The notes under the pieces: generated by a model
Databases searched by the model: none
What the model saw: only the letters and a program-made list of their open reading frames with translations
Told to the model about the DNA's origin: nothing
Made by a program: the position numbers and the translations under genes
Shown: piece by piece, positions 1 through 8,340 of the stretch
Layout of the letters: every line of letters begins with the position of its first letter
How positions within the stretch are numbered: position 1 is the stretch's first letter
Source of the DNA: Minisyncoccota bacterium
GTDB lineage: Bacteria; Patescibacteriota; Minisyncoccia; UBA6257; JAAZHW01
Length of the DNA stretch: 49,370 bases
Direction: 5' to 3'
Assembly (NCBI GenBank): GCA_035402745.1
Contig: DAONDV010000002.1
Location: 1-49,370, forward strand

Positions 1-1256
1 GACGCTTTAATAAAAACGCTGGGCCCTTAGAAGGAATGAAAGTAACTGAAGCTCGCGCCAAAGCCGTGGAAATTTTAAATCATAATGGCGCGCTAGAAAA
101 AGTAGAAGACTACAAACACCAAGTAGCGGTTTGCTACAAATGCCGCAACATCATTGAACCAATGTTATTGGATCAGTGGTTTGTAAAGATGACTGAACCG
201 TCAAAATCCAAGAAAAAATCTTTACGTGATTTGGCCGTAGAGGCAGTAAAATCCGGAGAAGTAAAATTTATTACCAAAAAATTTGAAAAGATATTTTATC
301 ACTGGATGAAAAATATCAAAGACTGGAATATTTCTAGACAAATTGTTTGGGGCATTTCCATTCCTATTTGGTATTGCGAAGAATGTCACAAACCAATTAT
401 TCATATAAAAGAAGGGCAACCGGAAAAATGTCCTGAATGTGGAAGCGCAAAACTACACAAAGAAACTGATGTTTTTGATACATGGTTTTCTTCCGGACAA
501 TGGCCATTTGCCACACTTGAATATCCAAAATCAGATGATTTCAAAAATTTCTACCCTACGGACGTAATGGAAACTGGATGGGATATTCTCTTTTTCTGGG
601 TAGCCAGAATGATTATTTTTGGAAAATATATCACAGGAGAAACTCCATTTAAATATGTTTACCTACATGGCTTAATTCGCGACAAAGATCGCCAAAAAAT
701 GTCCAAATCTAAAGGCAATGTAATTGATCCTTTGGGTGTCATCGACGAATACGGCTCAGATGCTTTGAGAATGTCATTAATTGTCGGCAATGCTCCTGGT
801 AATGATCCGATTATTTCCGAAGAAAAAATTAGGGGCTACAGAAATTTTGCCAATAAAATTTGGAATGCCAGCAGATTTGTTTTGATGAACCTCCAAGATT
901 TTGACCCCGAAACAAAAATAAAATTATCCGCCAAAGACAAAACCAATTTAAAATCATTGGATAAACTTGTATCCGACGTCACAAAAGATATTGAAGGTTT
1001 CAAATTATATTATGCCGCAGAAAAATTATATCATTACTTTTGGCATAATTTTGCAGACAAAATTATTGAAGAATCAAAAGCTAATTTACAAAATGATAAA
1101 GAACGCGCCTCAACTCAATATGTTTTATTTAAAATTCTAGAAACCAACTTGAAACTACTCCACCCCTTCATGCCCTTTATCACGGAAGAAATTTATCAAA
1201 AATTACCCGGTGAAAAAAAGAATTTATTAATAATCGAGGAATGGCCTAAAGCATAG
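1..1256 (+). CDS. valS: Valyl-tRNA synthetase, 3' part (gene runs off the 5' window edge)
   Basis: The frame of ORF 36..1256 stays open back to nt 3. KMSKSKGN (KMSKS loop), DVFDTWFSSGQWPF and HPFMPFITEE blocks are typical of class Ia ValRS. TAG stop at 1254-1256. Confidence 0.9.
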   Translation, partial: RFNKNAGPLEGMKVTEARAKAVEILNHNGALEKVEDYKHQVAVCYKCRNIIEPMLLDQWFVKMTEPSKSKKKSLRDLAVEAVKSGEVKFITKKFEKIFYHWMKNIKDWNISRQIVWGISIPIWYCEECHKPIIHIKEGQPEKCPECGSAKLHKETDVFDTWFSSGQWPFATLEYPKSDDFKNFYPTDVMETGWDILFFWVARMIIFGKYITGETPFKYVYLHGLIRDKDRQKMSKSKGNVIDPLGVIDEYGSDALRMSLIVGNAPGNDPIISEEKIRGYRNFANKIWNASRFVLMNLQDFDPETKIKLSAKDKTNLKSLDKLVSDVTKDIEGFKLYYAAEKLYHYFWHNFADKIIEESKANLQNDKERASTQYVLFKILETNLKLLHPFMPFITEEIYQKLPGEKKNLLIIEEWPKA

Positions 1257-1276
1257 GAATCCTCTAAATTTAAAAT

Positions 1277-2062
1277 ATGGAATGGGATAGTTTTTTAAAA
1301 CTACTTTTCGTTTTCTTATTAGCTTTTGTGCCGAGCTTAATTTGGCTTTCTTTTTATTTAAAAAAAGATGCTCGACCGGAGCCGAAAAGATTTTTACTTT
1401 TTGTATTCTTTCTAGGGGGACTTAGCACACTCCTAGGAGCACAAGCGGAGAATGTTTGGTTCAAGCCATGGGTGCAAGACAATCCCAATCGTCAAGTTGC
1501 TGGATTATTATTTTTATTCCTCTATCCCCTCATTGAAGAAATCTGCAAGTTTTTGGGCGCGCGCTTGGGCACGATAAAAAACAAATATTTTATGGACGAG
1601 GCTACCGATCCCATGGTTTATTTAATCGTTTCGGCGCTGGGATTCGCAGCGGTAGAAAATTTGCGTATCTACTTCACCACTATTTTCGGACAAATGCAAA
1701 ATCTTTCTTGGAGCGGACTTATGGAAATAGATTTTTCTCAGGCTATTTTAATGAATTTAGCTCTTACCGGACTTGTTCGCTTTGCGGGCACCGTTTTCCT
1801 TCATTCCCTCTCTTCCGCCTCTCTCGGATATTTCTGGGGCTTATCCAGACTATCCAATAATAGAATAAAAACTTTCTTTTTCTGTCTTCCGGCGGGATTA
1901 ATCATGGCAACGGTTCTTCATTCTTTCTATAATTATTTTGTTTTAAACGCTCAATCGGGAATTTTTTATCCAATGGCTCTGATTGTATTTTTATTCGTAG
2001 GCGCTATTGTGATTTCTCGCGGATTTAAACAATTACAAAGTTATCAACAATTGAAAAAATAG
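1277..2062 (+). CDS. PrsW-like intramembrane protease (multi-pass membrane protein)
   Basis: About 7 hydrophobic helices. The EEICKF (E-E-x-x-K) and HSFYNY (H-x-x-x-N) motifs are arranged as in PrsW/CPBP-type membrane proteases. Confidence 0.55.
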   Translation: MEWDSFLKLLFVFLLAFVPSLIWLSFYLKKDARPEPKRFLLFVFFLGGLSTLLGAQAENVWFKPWVQDNPNRQVAGLLFLFLYPLIEEICKFLGARLGTIKNKYFMDEATDPMVYLIVSALGFAAVENLRIYFTTIFGQMQNLSWSGLMEIDFSQAILMNLALTGLVRFAGTVFLHSLSSASLGYFWGLSRLSNNRIKTFFFCLPAGLIMATVLHSFYNYFVLNAQSGIFYPMALIVFLFVGAIVISRGFKQLQSYQQLKK

Positions 2063-2114
2063 CAATAAAGAAATATAATTAGTATACGATTAATTTTTTA
2101 TTTCTTAATAAAAC

Positions 2115-2576
2115 ATGGCTAATTCAAAATTTAAATCATTTTTAAGAGCTGGTGGCTCAGATACAGAAATTTCTAAACCAGTTGACTTGGAAATTGGAAA
2201 TTCCGAATTATTAAAGGAGAAAGGAGAAGATTGGATGGAATCAGAAGGTCAACTTACAATAGATGTCTATCAAACAGCGCAAGATATCATCATTAAATCT
2301 GCCGTAGCCGGAGTAAAACCGGAAGATATTGATATTTCCATTACCAACGATATGGTAACCATCAAAGGCAAACGTGATATAGAAGACACTATCAAATCCG
2401 AAGATTACTTTTATCAAGAATGCTATTGGGGAAGATTTAGTCGTTCCGTCATCTTGCCAGTTGATGTAGACAGCGATCGCGTGTCTGCTTCTTTAAAAAA
2501 TGGCATCTTAACCGTTAAACTACCAAAAATTGATAAAGCTAAAGTCAAAAAAATTAAAATAAAAAGCGACAATTAA
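2115..2576 (+). CDS. Hsp20/alpha-crystallin family small heat-shock protein
   Basis: Alpha-crystallin domain signature: TIDVYQT..IIIKSAVAGVKPEDIDISI..VTIKGKR...GRFSRSVILP..V....ASLKNGILTVKLPK. Confidence 0.85.
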   Translation: MANSKFKSFLRAGGSDTEISKPVDLEIGNSELLKEKGEDWMESEGQLTIDVYQTAQDIIIKSAVAGVKPEDIDISITNDMVTIKGKRDIEDTIKSEDYFYQECYWGRFSRSVILPVDVDSDRVSASLKNGILTVKLPKIDKAKVKKIKIKSDN

Positions 2577-2595
2577 AATCAACTTCGAATTAAAT

Positions 2596-2628
2596 AAAAC
2601 CGTCCATGCAAAGTCGCAGGACGGTTTT
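2596..2628 (+). terminator. Intrinsic terminator after the hsp20 gene
   Basis: AAAACCGTCC / GGACGGTTTT stem followed by a T-run. Confidence 0.7.
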
Positions 2629-2651
2629 ATGATTAAACGAGTAAATAAGAA

Positions 2652-3020
2652 ATGGAAAAAGGGAAACATTTACTTTATGAAGCTAAAGTTAAAAATCCAG
2701 AAATATTAAAAAATAAAGATGCGACCATTGAAATGTTCAATCGCATTATTGAATCACTTCAAATGAAAGCCGTCTCGGAAGTAGAAGTTTATCAATTTCC
2801 GGGTGGTGGCGGACTTACCGCTTTTTGCGTTATTTCAGAATCTCACCTATCCATTCACACTTGGCCCGAAAATAATTATATGGCTTTTGATATTTTTTCC
2901 TGTCGTAACTTTGACGAAAATGTCGCCCTAGAGATCCTCAAAGAATATATTCAACCAGAAAAAGAATTAATAGATGTAATGGTCAGAGGCACAGATAGAT
3001 TTGCTGAAATTATCAATTAA
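2652..3020 (+). CDS. speD: S-adenosylmethionine decarboxylase proenzyme (small pyruvoyl type)
   Basis: SESHLSIHTWPE self-cleavage motif and about 120 aa length are typical of SpeD/SpeH class 1 AdoMetDC. Confidence 0.85.
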   Translation: MEKGKHLLYEAKVKNPEILKNKDATIEMFNRIIESLQMKAVSEVEVYQFPGGGGLTAFCVISESHLSIHTWPENNYMAFDIFSCRNFDENVALEILKEYIQPEKELIDVMVRGTDRFAEIIN

Positions 3021-3024
3021 TAAC

Positions 3025-3057
3025 AAAAAACCGACTCTATATAAGAGTCGGTTTTTT
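3025..3057. terminator. Bidirectional hairpin terminator between convergent speD and PAP2 genes
   Basis: A6-CCGACTC-loop-GAGTCGG-T6. Confidence 0.7.
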
Positions 3058-3064
3058 AATTTAA

Positions 3065-3640
3065 TTACTTTACTAATTTATTTATCAATTTATTAACCAA
3101 CCACGCAGAAACAATACCAATGATTGCTCCGCCAACTATATCTAAAGGATAATGTACACCGCAAAACACTCTAGCCACTCCCATTATTGCGCTACCGATA
3201 AAAAACAACCAACCCAATTTACGATTGTAACAATAAACCACCATAGATAAAGCGAAAAACAAAGTCATGTGTCCGGAAGGAAAAGAGCCACTATCGGAAT
3301 GATTAATTAAAGCAACAATATCATGGCTCATAAACGGCCTTGAACGATGATAAAAATGCCTAATTGTTTCCGTGACCACTAAACGACTTAATACCAAAGA
3401 AGAAAACAAGAAAATAAAAATCTTTTTCGCTCCATGCCAAAAATTAGCCAATGTTTCAGTGACTTTTTTGATATGCCATAATTCCCACAACAACCAAATA
3501 GCTGCCATAAAAACTAGAATATACCCCAATGTATCAGCCAAGAAAAATCCAAGCTTATCCAAAAACTCGCTTTTTCCTGCCCAATCATTAATACTTTTGA
3601 AAACTGTATAATCAATATTTGATAACATATTCAATATCAT
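3065..3640 (-). CDS. PAP2 family phosphatase (undecaprenyl-diphosphatase-like)
   Basis: Acid phosphatase motifs: RSRPF, PSGH, and SR-like ARVFCGVHYPLD. Several TM helices. Confidence 0.8.
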   Translation of the reverse strand: MILNMLSNIDYTVFKSINDWAGKSEFLDKLGFFLADTLGYILVFMAAIWLLWELWHIKKVTETLANFWHGAKKIFIFLFSSLVLSRLVVTETIRHFYHRSRPFMSHDIVALINHSDSGSFPSGHMTLFFALSMVVYCYNRKLGWLFFIGSAIMGVARVFCGVHYPLDIVGGAIIGIVSAWLVNKLINKLVK

Positions 3641-3727
3641 ATCAAAAAATATTCCCGTTGAAAAGACCGAGAATTAAAGCCAACATAAAAATCGATAACA
3701 AACTTTAAAAACGCACTCAAACAATCA

Positions 3728-3765
3728 CCCTACGGATAACTTACTATCGTAAGTTATCCGTAGGG
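3728..3765. repeat. Hairpin palindrome copy 1 (CCCTACGGATAACTTAC-TATC-GTAAGTTATCCGTAGGG)
   Basis: Perfect 17-bp arms, 4-nt loop. Same core as the copies at 4377 and 8267, in inverted orientation (loop TATC is the complement of GATA). Confidence 0.95.
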
Positions 3766-3774
3766 AATAAAAAA

Positions 3775-4365
3775 CTACAACAAATCAAAATGCTTCTTTA
3801 ATATCAAATCATGATAATCCCCTAGCGTTAATGAGTATAATAAAATTACAAATTTTTTCACATCAAAAAATTCTCTAATAAAATCAATTTCATTTTCGCA
3901 TTCATACGGAAAAACAAAAACACTTTTTTGCAAACTATAAAACCCTAATTCCTTTAACTTTCGAGACAAAGCAATACGACCATTTCTGAATCTTTCCGGA
4001 ATATCAAAAATCACTATTCTCCATTTACCATCCCACAACTTTGATTTTCTGATTTGCAGCTCATCAATGTCATATCTCAATAATTCTTTTCTTCCTAAAT
4101 CGGTAATTTCCAAAAAATCATTCCCGTTTTTAGTAACAACTCTTATCAATCTTTTCTCTTTGGCTTGTTTTAAAAAATATCTAAATTTTTCATGTTTTTT
4201 ATTTATATTCTGATTTTTTAAAAAATCTTTAATAATCAATGCTGATCCTGGCAACAAAAAAATCATTGGCATCACTACCCCACCGCATAATAACTTTAAA
4301 ACATCTTTCATTGTGGAAGACATTCTAATATTCTTTTTTATTTGTGTTTTTTCCATAATGACCAA
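3775..4365 (-). CDS. PaaX-like / Cas2-fold C-terminal domain protein with winged-helix region and N-terminal hydrophobic segment
   Basis: WDGKWRIVIFDIPERFRNGRIALSRKLKELGFYSLQKSVFVFP matches the PaaX_C / Cas2-like beta-alpha-beta pattern. It is preceded by a wHTH-like KRLIRVV..FLEITDLGRKEL segment. The N-terminal LLCGGVVMPMIFLLPGSALII segment is hydrophobic. Confidence 0.5.
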   Translation of the reverse strand: MVIMEKTQIKKNIRMSSTMKDVLKLLCGGVVMPMIFLLPGSALIIKDFLKNQNINKKHEKFRYFLKQAKEKRLIRVVTKNGNDFLEITDLGRKELLRYDIDELQIRKSKLWDGKWRIVIFDIPERFRNGRIALSRKLKELGFYSLQKSVFVFPYECENEIDFIREFFDVKKFVILLYSLTLGDYHDLILKKHFDLL

Positions 4366-4376
4366 TTTTCAGACTC

Positions 4377-4408
4377 TACGGATAACTTACAATAGTAAGT
4401 TATCCGTA
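4377..4408. repeat. Hairpin palindrome copy 2 (TACGGATAACTTAC-AATA-GTAAGTTATCCGTA)
   Basis: Perfect 14-bp arms. Lies between the stop of the 1039-aa gene (4443) and the start of the PaaX-like gene (4365). Confidence 0.95.
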
Positions 4409-4442
4409 TGATCCTTATAATTGATATCTATTTTTGTTATTT

Positions 4443-7400
4443 CTAAATCACTGGAGAAAATTGAAAATTATCGAAGTAATATTTACTATCTCGAGAGACT
4501 CCGCCACAAGCCGTGATACTGATTTTACCAAGGCCACCAGTAAATTCTCCCCAATTACCACCCCTTTGCCATTCCGTCCATTCATTATCATTAATCTTAA
4601 CCCTCACCCCATTTACCTGACTAAACTCAATTTGAAAATTATACCAACTATCAATCCAAACTCCGGGCACACAAATATACCCACCATATGAATTAACAAA
4701 AGCAGCTTGTTGATAACAATAATTACTTGGATCAGAACCAAAATCGTTTGGTACCATTCCAAATCGCCAGTTATTAATTTCTGGACTATCTTTACTAAAG
4801 AATTTTAAACTAGCCCTGTTTGACCATGATCCTTGAGGCCCCTGAGTACTAGAAGCTTGTAATTTGAAAGAAAAAATCCCATTTCCAGTTAAATCAACCT
4901 GTTTGTTATAAGTGGAACAGCCCGAGGGCGGATATAAAAATTCAAAAAATAAAGATTGATTCCCCTCATAAACAACACCACCGCCGACGCTAAACCTATA
5001 TCCGATAGATTCTTCATTAGCCCAACCATTCTGGCCGTCTAAATTACCATGAGAATAATCTTCAAATCCCTCAAAGAAAATTGCAGCGGCTGGAGATGGT
5101 TCAATAATAATTGGCAATGGAAATTGATAAATATTTGAAATCACTGATCGATATCCATCTCGATCTTGCGCGCAAACAACAAAATAATCCGTACTAGAAG
5201 AAACATCGAGCAGATTCAATTCATATCTATTATTTACACTGTCAAAAATAACTTCAGTTGTACTAGCTATCAACAAATTATTCCAATTAGATTCAATGAT
5301 ATCTGTTGTAGTAGCCGAATATCTGACAACAAAAGATATTTCACTGGTTGTTGCGCTTTCTAAATTAAACAATAAAATTTTATTCGTATCATTTCTAATC
5401 TCCCCTGATAAATTAATAATCTTGGGCGGTTGTTGTCGAGGCTCCGGCAAATCTTCAAAATTTTGTGGCTGCGGATTATTTCTGATAATAAAATTTAATA
5501 AACCATCGGAATCATCAAAACTATTACCGGCATATTGATCTATACCGCTAATCATGGAATCAATAGTGGAATTTAAATTGGCCTTTCTTTCCAAACTTTC
5601 TCCCTCTCCAACAGAGTTAGACACATACGCGATAGAATCGATCAAGCTATTTTCGCCATCCAATAATTGAATTTGATAATTTGTTTCCAATTGCTGCCCT
5701 AATGAAGCAGAACGGGCCACATCCGCAACTTTATTATTATAATTCACAGCATCATAGTTATTTAACCCTACTAATAAGAAACTTTTTGCCATTATTACGG
5801 TTTTATCTTGTTCATTTCTGCCAAAAATAACCAACGATTCCGTAGAAGTAGCTTCATTAATTTTCAAACGCAAAGACCAATTATTTAAATTAACATCATT
5901 ATCCCCGGCATTGTATAACTCTATAAACTCTTTTCCTTCATCAGACCCAACAGCATCATAAACAAATTCTGAAATTAAAATTTGAGGTGTTGGAGTGACG
6001 GTTGGCGTTGGTTCGACGGTAGGGTCTGGAGTAATAGTTGGAGTTGGCTCAGCGCTTGATTCTGGAGTGGGCGTCGGGGTTATTGTAGGCGTTGAAGTAG
6101 AGATTGGCGTCGGAGTCGGAGTAATCGTATTCGTTCCAGCCACTACCCCAGCATAATAACCACCGCCATAACTAATAGGCGTGGGACTCGGCGTTGGAGT
6201 TGGGGTTAAAATTGGAGATGGAATTACGGTGGGAGTTGGAGTCGGAGTTATTATTGGGATCAAGGTCGGACTCAATGTTGCAGATATTTTAGGTGTTACA
6301 GCCGGAGTAAAAGATCCCAACACGCCATGGTCAACCTCTAAAAACACCCCATTTACTTGAGGACTTGGCGTAGAAATTATTATGGGACTAGGCATTAATG
6401 TTACGCTGGGCGAAGCAGAAATTATTGGAATATTTTGATTGTTACTATTAAATAAAATATCTCCAACATTATTTATAAAATTACCGACCGCACCAACAAC
6501 CTTTCCTAAAAAAGTTGTTTTTTGATTACTCAAAAAAGATTGATCATTTTTTAATCTATCAATTTCCTTAAAAAATAAATCAACTAATCCTGCTCCATAA
6601 GAGATTGCTTGTTTAGAAAGATGGGACCAATAGCTATCACGGATTAAAGATGCGTCTAAATTAATATTTGCATTGGAAGAAATTATAACGCTGTTAGATA
6701 ATTTTCTTCTGACCAAAAAATATTCCCCAAGAGCATCACTATTCTTCGCATATATAAAATCTCCAATTTTTTCCGTATTAAGATAATTCCATTCTGGTAG
6801 CTTGTAGTCATTTTGCATTCCAATACTATCAGTACTATAAAAATTATTATTGGAATAAGCTGCCAAACTATCAAAATAATCATCTAAATTAGACAAAATA
6901 AAAGGCGGCTTTAAACCGCTTAGATCAATACTACTCCCAATATTTTTAGCAACATACCCTTCATAAGGATCGCCGGAAATGTGAGGATCATTTCTTGTAT
7001 GAGCCGGTACTGCCATATCTTCCAATAAGTGCAGAACATGACCCAAGCTTTCAAATGCCGCTCGTTTGTCACCAATAATATATTTATAAACCGCTTTATT
7101 CCAAGTATATGTAGTTTGGATATCAATTACATTCTTAGCTAATTTCGCATAAGGATTCAAAGCAGAATTAGCATAAAATTCCCCCAAAAAATTAGCTTGC
7201 GCAAAAGAATTATTAGCCCACTCTTTGGCTGACTTAGAAAATGGAAGCAAAAACCCATAAACTGGGCTAATTATTCCTGTATGAGAAGAATTCAATCCAC
7301 TATTATTCACTGGATCATAAAAATGATTAAGAGTCCTGACTGCCGGCTCATCCTCTCCAATACTACCACCCACAATCGCCTCCATATCATTAACACTAAT

Positions 7401-7562
7401 ATTTTTATTAAAATAATTATTATAATATTTGATTATTTCCCTCGTTAGAGCCGGATGAGTAACTGAATTATCATAAGCTAGAACATTTCGATTGCCACAA
7501 AATAAACCGACAAAAATAATACACATTAATATTATCGGTTTATTTATATTTATTTCAGGCAT
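4443..7562 (-). CDS. Large secreted multidomain protein: zinc phospholipase-C-like domain, Pro/Thr linker, lamin-tail domain, Ig/Fn3-like region, LamG/jelly-roll-like C-terminus
   Basis: N-terminal signal/anchor (IILMCIIFVGLFCG). HFYDP and GHVLHLLEDMAVPAHTRND match His/Asp zinc-ligand spacing of zinc-dependent PLC. PT repeats span aa 383-527. ILISEFVYDAVGSDEGKEFIELYNAG is an LTD signature. The C-terminal 215 aa has GW..G.QSL...DNF features of concanavalin-like lectin folds. Confidence 0.7.
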   Translation of the reverse strand: MPEININKPIILMCIIFVGLFCGNRNVLAYDNSVTHPALTREIIKYYNNYFNKNISVNDMEAIVGGSIGEDEPAVRTLNHFYDPVNNSGLNSSHTGIISPVYGFLLPFSKSAKEWANNSFAQANFLGEFYANSALNPYAKLAKNVIDIQTTYTWNKAVYKYIIGDKRAAFESLGHVLHLLEDMAVPAHTRNDPHISGDPYEGYVAKNIGSSIDLSGLKPPFILSNLDDYFDSLAAYSNNNFYSTDSIGMQNDYKLPEWNYLNTEKIGDFIYAKNSDALGEYFLVRRKLSNSVIISSNANINLDASLIRDSYWSHLSKQAISYGAGLVDLFFKEIDRLKNDQSFLSNQKTTFLGKVVGAVGNFINNVGDILFNSNNQNIPIISASPSVTLMPSPIIISTPSPQVNGVFLEVDHGVLGSFTPAVTPKISATLSPTLIPIITPTPTPTVIPSPILTPTPTPSPTPISYGGGYYAGVVAGTNTITPTPTPISTSTPTITPTPTPESSAEPTPTITPDPTVEPTPTVTPTPQILISEFVYDAVGSDEGKEFIELYNAGDNDVNLNNWSLRLKINEATSTESLVIFGRNEQDKTVIMAKSFLLVGLNNYDAVNYNNKVADVARSASLGQQLETNYQIQLLDGENSLIDSIAYVSNSVGEGESLERKANLNSTIDSMISGIDQYAGNSFDDSDGLLNFIIRNNPQPQNFEDLPEPRQQPPKIINLSGEIRNDTNKILLFNLESATTSEISFVVRYSATTTDIIESNWNNLLIASTTEVIFDSVNNRYELNLLDVSSSTDYFVVCAQDRDGYRSVISNIYQFPLPIIIEPSPAAAIFFEGFEDYSHGNLDGQNGWANEESIGYRFSVGGGVVYEGNQSLFFEFLYPPSGCSTYNKQVDLTGNGIFSFKLQASSTQGPQGSWSNRASLKFFSKDSPEINNWRFGMVPNDFGSDPSNYCYQQAAFVNSYGGYICVPGVWIDSWYNFQIEFSQVNGVRVKINDNEWTEWQRGGNWGEFTGGLGKISITACGGVSRDSKYYFDNFQFSPVI
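5982..6416 (-). repeat. Low-complexity Pro/Thr/Ser linker-coding region inside the 1039-aa gene
   Basis: Encodes TPTPTP / PSPTP / EPTPT runs. Locally GC-richer (GGTGT/GGAGT periodicity on the + strand). Confidence 0.9.
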
Positions 7563-7603
7563 ATTTTAAAATTAATGTTCTTATTAAAAAGGCCTTTTAT
7601 TTT

Positions 7604-8173
7604 TTACATTGATACTATTTTCCAAACTTTAGAATATTCATTCAATCTCATATGCACTATATAGTCAGCCAGACCATTTTCTCCTAAAACAATAAATTCA
7701 TATTCTGTTTCCAAGATAGATTGTTCCGAAGATGCTTCTAGTCTTTTTAATAAACCAATGATTTTAGGAACCTCTCCCTTCATATATGAATCTTTTAAAG
7801 CATCTTCCCATTTTTGCCGGCTTAAATTGTCATCTAAAGCAAAATACTTTCCCGCCAATTCTATATCACCCTTTTCCAAAGCATTAATAAACATATCTAA
7901 AGTCTCCTGCGGCGTTTTTCCTCCATACGTATCCTCTGTTAGGGTTTTGGATATTTTATCCATCATTTCATTGTATCCCTTAATCATTAGAGCGGCATTT
8001 TTTCGATCTTGCCAATTATTATAAACTCCTTTTATTCCATCATATCCGCCAAACAACAAAAAAAGAGCCACTAAAATAATTATTGAAGCAATAATTATCC
8101 AAGCAACTCTACGTTTTTTAGGCTGATTATTTAAATTTCCCGACGAATTATTAAAATTGGCTTGATTTTCCAT
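7604..8173 (-). CDS. Membrane-anchored hypothetical protein (first gene of the surface-protein operon)
   Basis: Single N-terminal TM (AWIIIASIIILVALFLLFGG) after a KKRR stretch, then a globular domain of about 130 aa. 41-nt gap to the 1039-aa gene on the same strand. Confidence 0.6.
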   Translation of the reverse strand: MENQANFNNSSGNLNNQPKKRRVAWIIIASIIILVALFLLFGGYDGIKGVYNNWQDRKNAALMIKGYNEMMDKISKTLTEDTYGGKTPQETLDMFINALEKGDIELAGKYFALDDNLSRQKWEDALKDSYMKGEVPKIIGLLKRLEASSEQSILETEYEFIVLGENGLADYIVHMRLNEYSKVWKIVSM

Positions 8174-8219
8174 TATTATGAAACCTTTTTAAAAAATAAT
8201 TCTGACAATATCTTTTTTA

Positions 8220-8247
8220 ATTATAATTCTTCAGTGAGACCCGTCAA
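8220..8247 (-). promoter_or_regulatory. Sigma70-like promoter for the 7604..8173 / 4443..7562 operon
   Basis: Minus strand TTGACG-16 nt-TATAAT. Located 19 nt downstream of palindrome copy 3. Confidence 0.45.
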
Positions 8248-8266
8248 GTATCACTAGTCACATTTT

Positions 8267-8302
8267 CATACGGATAACTTACGATAGTAAGTTATCCGTA
8301 TG
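8267..8302. repeat. Hairpin palindrome copy 3 (CATACGGATAACTTAC-GATA-GTAAGTTATCCGTATG)
   Basis: Perfect 16-bp arms, 4-nt loop. Confidence 0.95.
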
Positions 8303-8340
8303 ATTTCCGTTTTATATCAATATAGTAAAAAAATAAAAAA

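Noticed and set aside
5982-6416. Periodic GGAGT/GGTGT repeats that look like a repeat array
   Set aside because: They are in frame inside the 1039-aa ORF and encode a Pro/Thr linker. There is no spacer-repeat structure, so this is not CRISPR or a satellite.
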